From the human T2T-CHM13v2.0 reference genome, Homo sapiens: a stretch of DNA of 64,000 bases. This document shows, piece by piece, positions 56,831 through 64,000 of the stretch. Both the position numbers and the translations under genes were made by a program. Every line of letters begins with the position of its first letter. The stretch's first letter is position 1. The notes beneath the pieces are model-generated. The model worked only from the letters and a program-made list of their open reading frames with translations, ran no database searches and had not been told where the DNA came from. Location of the stretch: the NCBI RefSeq assembly GCF_009914755.1, contig NC_060925.1. The stretch is one strand, 5' to 3'.

Positions 56831-56868
<38 letters not shown>
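56821..56868. repeat. (CA)n microsatellite
   Basis: Interrupted then pure CA run. Confidence 0.95.
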
Positions 56869-56871
<3 letters not shown>

Positions 56872-57599
56872 CTATTCTGAAACTGTTGTTTACCTAAGGA
56901 TTTTTACTTCTTGTTTACTCAAACATATTTCAATCTAAGGTGTGGTTGTTATACTGAAATACAGTAGATGTATTAGTTTTGAGCTAATGATGAGAATTCA
57001 TCTTAAAGAACAGAAAATAATATTTGAAAATAAATGTTTTTTATTTCAGATACCTAAAATTTCAAGCAAACTGTTTAATAAAGGAATTTGTACATATTTG
57101 CTAGGAAATTTGCAATTTTTTTTAACAATTGAGAGGTTAGCTAAACATTCTCACTATTGTCTATAAGAACTGTGTGAAACGTCTAGATTGTTCTCCTGTA
57201 GCATATACAGTCAGCTCTCCATATCCATGAGGGAATAGTTTAGGACAGGTTGCCCTCCATATCAAAATTTTTGGTTGCCAAGTCTGTTATACAAAATGTA
57301 CAGTTAGCCCTTTGTATCTGTGGGTTTTGCTCCACAGTTGGTTAAATTCCAAAATTCGTGGATGCCAAAGGCAAACTTTTAAAAAATTAAAATTTTATAA
57401 CTTTTCTAATTATAAAATACTGAGTATAGAAAATTTAGAAATGTTTTAAGTAGAACAAAAATATCTGTAATCCCTCAGATATGGAGTTAATTAGTATTAC
57501 TTCCTTATTGTAGTGCCTACCACATTTTTAAATATGTAATTGTGTTTTTAACAGTTAGCCCCCATTATATACATGTAGTTTTATGTACATCTTTATTTA

Positions 57600-58076
<477 letters not shown>

Positions 58077-58514
58077 TTACTTCACAGGCTCTAAAAACTT
58101 CACTGTATTATGAAACAGACAGATGTCTAATAGCATATTTCAGGGAAAAAAATACCTTAAAGGTGGTTAAAACAAAATTTTGGTACTTAAAAGGGGCATC
58201 TTTTATGGACAACTCCTTAATTTGTCATGATGCTGAATACATCAAATCTCCAGGTAGCAGAGTAATCTAGTTCAGTTAACTTGAGTGACACCTGAATCCC
58301 CTCTACAGAATCCCTGTCAAAAGACCATCTGGCTGACATGTTTTTATACCTCAGGTGCCTGGGAATCAACACCTTCTGAAACAGCATCATTTGCGAGCAT
58401 CTGTTATCATTAGAAAAATATTTTGGATTACATAATGCTTAAGCACAGAACCTGTCATTTTTTTTTTTATAATTTTACCAGTTCATACTGTAATAGGTGT
58501 TCAATAAATGTTAG

Positions 58515-59409
<895 letters not shown>

Positions 59410-60184
59410 AGTTTCTTTCTTCTTTGGACTGTAAGTACCTTAAGGGCAAGTAACTTGTTTCTTTAGTATCCACAGTACCGGCCACTCTTGAATTAACTTG
59501 CACTAACACTTGCCTTCTACCACCCCCTTTTATCCATTACTGCTTGTGTCTTGTCACTCCTCTGTTTAAGAGCTCTAAGAGGCTCCCCTGTTTCTACCAG
59601 ATAAAATTTTAAATTTGTAATGTGATATAAAAGATTCTCGTCGACCATTTCCTTCCTTTCTTTCCAGACTCATGTCTTACCATTCCCTTACATGCACAGA
59701 ATTTACATACTGTGGAACTCTGGTACTTTCAGCATTAGAAACACTGGGTAACTCTGTTTCTTATCTTAGTGTCATAGCATATGCCATTACTTGTACCTGG
59801 AATGCATATTCTTCCTCTTTTTCCCTCCTCGCAAAGAAGCCATTTTCCTTTTTGAGACTTAATTTAAACATCCTCTGCCCTGGGAAACTAGTTTCTCAAG
59901 CCCCTTGTCTGACTTTCACACATAGAGTTGCAGTATAGTTATTTATCTTCACTGTTACATTGTGAAAATCTCTAGGACTGAATGTCTTTTACCTCTGGTT
60001 TCCCCATATCCTAATTTACATCGTGGTACATAGTAGATATTCAATACATGTTTGCATGAATGAATACATGTGAAATTGAATTTAATGAACTTGTTTAAAG
60101 CTATCTAACATTTTCACTTTTTATTAAATATATGATTTGTTGATATACCTATGCCTAATTTGAATTATATATTAAGTGTTTTTA

Positions 60185-60475
60185 GGCCAGGCACTGTGGC
60201 TCATACCTGTAGTCCCAGCACTTTGGGAGGCTGAGGCAGAGGATTGCCTGAGCCCAGGAGGTTGAGACCAGCCTAGGCAACACAGTGAGATGCCATGTCT
60301 ACAAAAAATTTAAAATTAGCTGGGCATGGTGATGTGTGCTTGCAGTCTCAGCTATTATACACGGGAGGCTGAGGCGGGAGGATTTCCTGAGTCCAGGAAG
60401 CCAAGACTGCATTGAGCCTCTGCATTCCAGCCTGGGCAAGAGAGTGAGACCCTGTCTCTTACAAACAAAACAGAA
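60185..60475 (+). mobile_element. AluJ (intron 6)
   Basis: J-type dimer with a degenerate tail. Confidence 0.88.
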
Positions 60476-60612
60476 AAGTTTTTACATTTGAGTGGTTTCT
60501 TTGATTTTGTAAGAACATTTTAATTTTAGATATTTAAAAATATTTAAAATACAGCTTAAAAAATAAAACAATCCTGTTTCCAAACAGTCAAAATTTAATC
60601 ACTAACATTTAA

Positions 60613-60963
<351 letters not shown>

Positions 60964-62142
60964 TAACTCTCAGAAGTTTAATGTGTAAAATAAAATACAA
61001 ATGCGTGCTCTGTTTGAATCTGATTAGGAAGGCTAGCACTCTGTCTACTTGGCTTATTATCTCCACTCCTCATCTCCTATACCAGCCGCTCCTTGGAATC
61101 CCTAAAACCCTAAGGAAAAAGGAGAACCTTTGGTATAGTGCCTGTCTCCAGATGTCAGAAATAAACAGAGTCAGTCTTAAAACAGGTTATCTATTAGAGA
61201 AGACAGAATTTGACTTTAATAAAATCTGAAATTTTCTAATATATGGTCAAAAAATATGAAGTTCAACAAAGGATCAAAAATAATTTGTATAAATATAAAA
61301 TACTAAAAAAAAACACTCGATTATTTGTTGATAAAAGATGAGGAAAGTTCAATAACTGTTAAGTTCAATAAGAATCAATAGTATGAGCCTTTAAAAAGCC
61401 AATGTAATTTTAAGCCAAAGTAATAGAAGTACAGCATCAAATAGAGAAAAAATGGTGACAGTTCTGGGCAACACATTTTAAAACATGTATTGAAAAACTT
61501 GACTAAATCTAGAAGCATGTAAGTATCTTGCATTAGGAGGAGCCTACAAAACATGTTCTGAAAAGCAAAGCCTTGGTTATTTTGGAAGAATCTTGAAGTT
61601 TTTCAAATATTATTACACAGAAAGATGATCAGGCTTATATGTTTACTTCAGGATGCCAGCTTAGAATTAATGAGTGAAAGTTAGAAAAATGTAGAATTTA
61701 GCTTAACATAAGGACAGGCTTTCTATCAGCAGTGCTGTTAAGTTGTCATGGGAAATACTGTATTTACCCATCACTACAAGTATATAGAGAGTTTCTAGAA
61801 TAACTTTTTATTGATTGGAATAATGTACTAAATGACCTGTCTCTCTTTGTAAAAAATTCAGATTCAATATATTTGTGTGCCATATACTACAGTTTTCTAG
61901 CAAATAAAACATCATTTTTTTTCAGAGTGAGCCTACTAAAAAGTTACTTAGATTAAACATATCAGTCAATTCCTTATGAGCATCCTAAATATATTCAGTA
62001 TTATGGAGTGCTATATCTTTACCTTTAACCAATTCCTGGTAATATCAGCAACTAATAAAAAGTGAAGAAACTATTAAAATTTAACAAGTTGAGAGAAATC
62101 TAACAATGCAGTTTGAAGTTTTCGTAATTTTAAAAACGGATT

Positions 62143-62280
62143 AGCCAGGTGCAATCACTCACGTCTACAATCCCAGCAGTTTTGGAGGCTGAGGCAGGAG
62201 GATTGCTTGAGCCCAGGGGTTCAAGACCAGCTTGGGCAACATAACGAGACCCCATCTTTACAAAATTAAAACAAAAAGAA
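62143..62280 (+). mobile_element. Alu monomer (intron 7)
   Basis: FLAM-like body with an A-rich tail. Confidence 0.82.
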
Positions 62281-62668
62281 AGAACTGATTACAACTGTTC
62301 ACTGTTCATATAGTAAGGCAAATTAGGTAATATATGAAACCAGATAACAATTTTTACGATTTTGTTACTATTATTAAATAAAACTATAGAATGAGTGGTA
62401 ATGTATTGGTTTTAACCAAAGAAAATAAGTTTGTGTTGTTTAGGGAAGAATATACCTTTTTAAAAGAATTTTTCGTGTACCAGGATATATAGAACATGAA
62501 TTAGACAGATGCTTGGATATTTGCATTTTTTTCTTATGTTGCACTTCAAGATCTTTCTGAGAAATTCTTCTGTAGGAAAAAATCAGCAAATATTCATAAT
62601 AACTCAGCTATAACAAAAACACTGACTTGCTGCATAAAGAAACAGTAGTTGGAACATATGGATCTCCA

Positions 62669-64000
62669 TTTTATTTATTTATTTTTTTGAGAACATCTGC
62701 CCTTTAATTTGCATTTAAAATCAGTTTCTTTAAATACTTTAGTTACAAGTTCTGAATAGTGAAGACAGAGTAGTAGATGCTGCAGGCACTCAGTATTGGC
62801 TCCCACCCCTTCCCCCCTCCCCACCCCCAGGCCTCACTTCTTGGCTCAAGATACAAAAAGGCACTCTCTACTGGCCCTAGTGTCAAATGTCAGCAGCCTC
62901 AGGCCTGGATGCAGTTGGATACAAAGCCATGAATCCCAGTAGCTCCAAGGAATTCCAATGATTGTGCCCAGATCCACCGGCAACACATCTTAGAAATGAC
63001 CTCATCCATTACACCACTATCTACTAACACCCTCAGGGTGGTTTCCTACCCCAGTCCACGTCCTCCAAATCTGTGTCCTGCAGAGGAAGAGACAAGGCCC
63101 CACTATAACGCAGGAAGGAACAAGAACTGCCTCCTCAGCCCACGGGCTTACAGCAACTTACTTGAAAAGCTCAAGGCAATCTGAGTCTAGAGGAGACCTC
63201 CCTTCCCTAATCTCTACCAGGCTCTGGCCCTTCTTCGGGACTACGCTTGGTTCCACTGCCATGATGTGCTAGAATCTGCTCTAAGTAAGAACAAGGTGCT
63301 AGAATGAGGCCCAGCAACCAGGAAAGGGTTGCTACAGCCCCAGCTGTGTGAGATTGTGCCAAGATGAGTCTTCTTGGTGTGAGCCTATGATGGAGAGCGT
63401 GAGGGCAGACCTGGGCTCTCCTTCTATGATGATTACAACACGTGACCTCAGGGAACCTCTGCTCTCTCCTCCCATTCACACACCCAGATCCCCTGGCCTG
63501 TGCTTCCTGGTAGAGGTAGAAGAGGCATCTTGAAGTCAATGACAATGGAGAATGAAGGTGCCATTGAAGAAGGAAAGCAGCACCTCTTTGCCTGTGTTCA
63601 ATCCCTCCATACAAGTGGAATCGAGAATGTGCACAGCCAGGACAGAGGCTGCTCTGAGCTTGGGAGGCACAGCATCCTCCTAGATGTCTCTGCAGAACAA
63701 ACTTTCAAAAGATAGGAACTTAATCACATGGTCCTCGGGGGTTTCTCTATAGTATACCAGCACTAGGGAGAAGCAAAATCATCTTTGCAGAGAGCTGATG
63801 GAAGAAAGGCAGGAATATGAATGAGCATCCATTAAGGCTCTCTCTCTCAAGCCTAAGGAATTAAGATATTCGAGGGTATGAGACAGGTGCAGAGAGGGAG
63901 AGAGCCAGGCAGGAACACCAAGAAAAAAGCTGTGACTGCTGGTTACATAGTGCTCTGCTTCCTTGCTTGAGGCCAACAGCATGTGCCTGTCACCAGGCTA
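62669..64000 (-). pseudogene. DLSTP1: Processed pseudogene of DLST: poly(A) tail and 3' UTR portion, continuing beyond the window
   Basis: Minus-strand poly(A) remnant 62669-62688 with ATTAAA (62703-62708) 14 nt upstream; sharp switch from AT-rich intron to balanced-GC non-repeat sequence. The minus strand at the right edge (TAGCCTGGTGACAGGCACATGCTGTTGGCCTCAAGCAAGGAAGCAGAGCAC) matches the proximal DLST 3' UTR as I recall it. No CDS lies inside the window. Confidence 0.82.

Noticed and set aside
62996-63982. Short ORFs in the terminal GC-balanced segment
   Set aside because: They lie in retrocopied 3' UTR sequence and show no recognisable protein similarity.

Overview
Primate (human-type) genomic DNA containing the 5' part of ACADM (medium-chain acyl-CoA dehydrogenase) on the + strand. 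It has a CpG-island promoter at ~44.9-45.7 kb and coding exons 1-7 (ATG at 45448; 599 coding nt spliced by hand with GT-AG boundaries); the gene runs off the right edge in intron 7. The last 1.3 kb is the poly(A) tail and 3' UTR of an antisense processed pseudogene that I recognise as DLST-derived (DLSTP1). The first 44 kb is almost entirely transposon-derived: two young dead L1PA elements, a THE1 provirus, two degraded ERV1 proviruses, solo LTRs, old L1M/L2 and many Alus. I find no support for a previously undescribed biological system, and nearly all ORF-track entries are repeat-derived or chance. The best leads are structural or regulatory: (1) a full-length L1 that looks chimeric (young 5' part, older 3' part, no target-site duplication (TSD), host Alu missing its right arm), suggesting a recombination-associated deletion; (2) a THE1 provirus with mismatched LTRs and flanks; (3) a three-tier LTR nest just upstream of ACADM; (4) a non-consensus base in the NRRE-1 promoter element; (5) a 4-codon uORF; (6) a divergent-strand splice donor; (7) alternative ACADM splice options; (8) the antisense DLST retrocopy. 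Repeat subfamily names are from recalled consensus sequences, not a database search, and repeat boundaries without a TSD are approximate.
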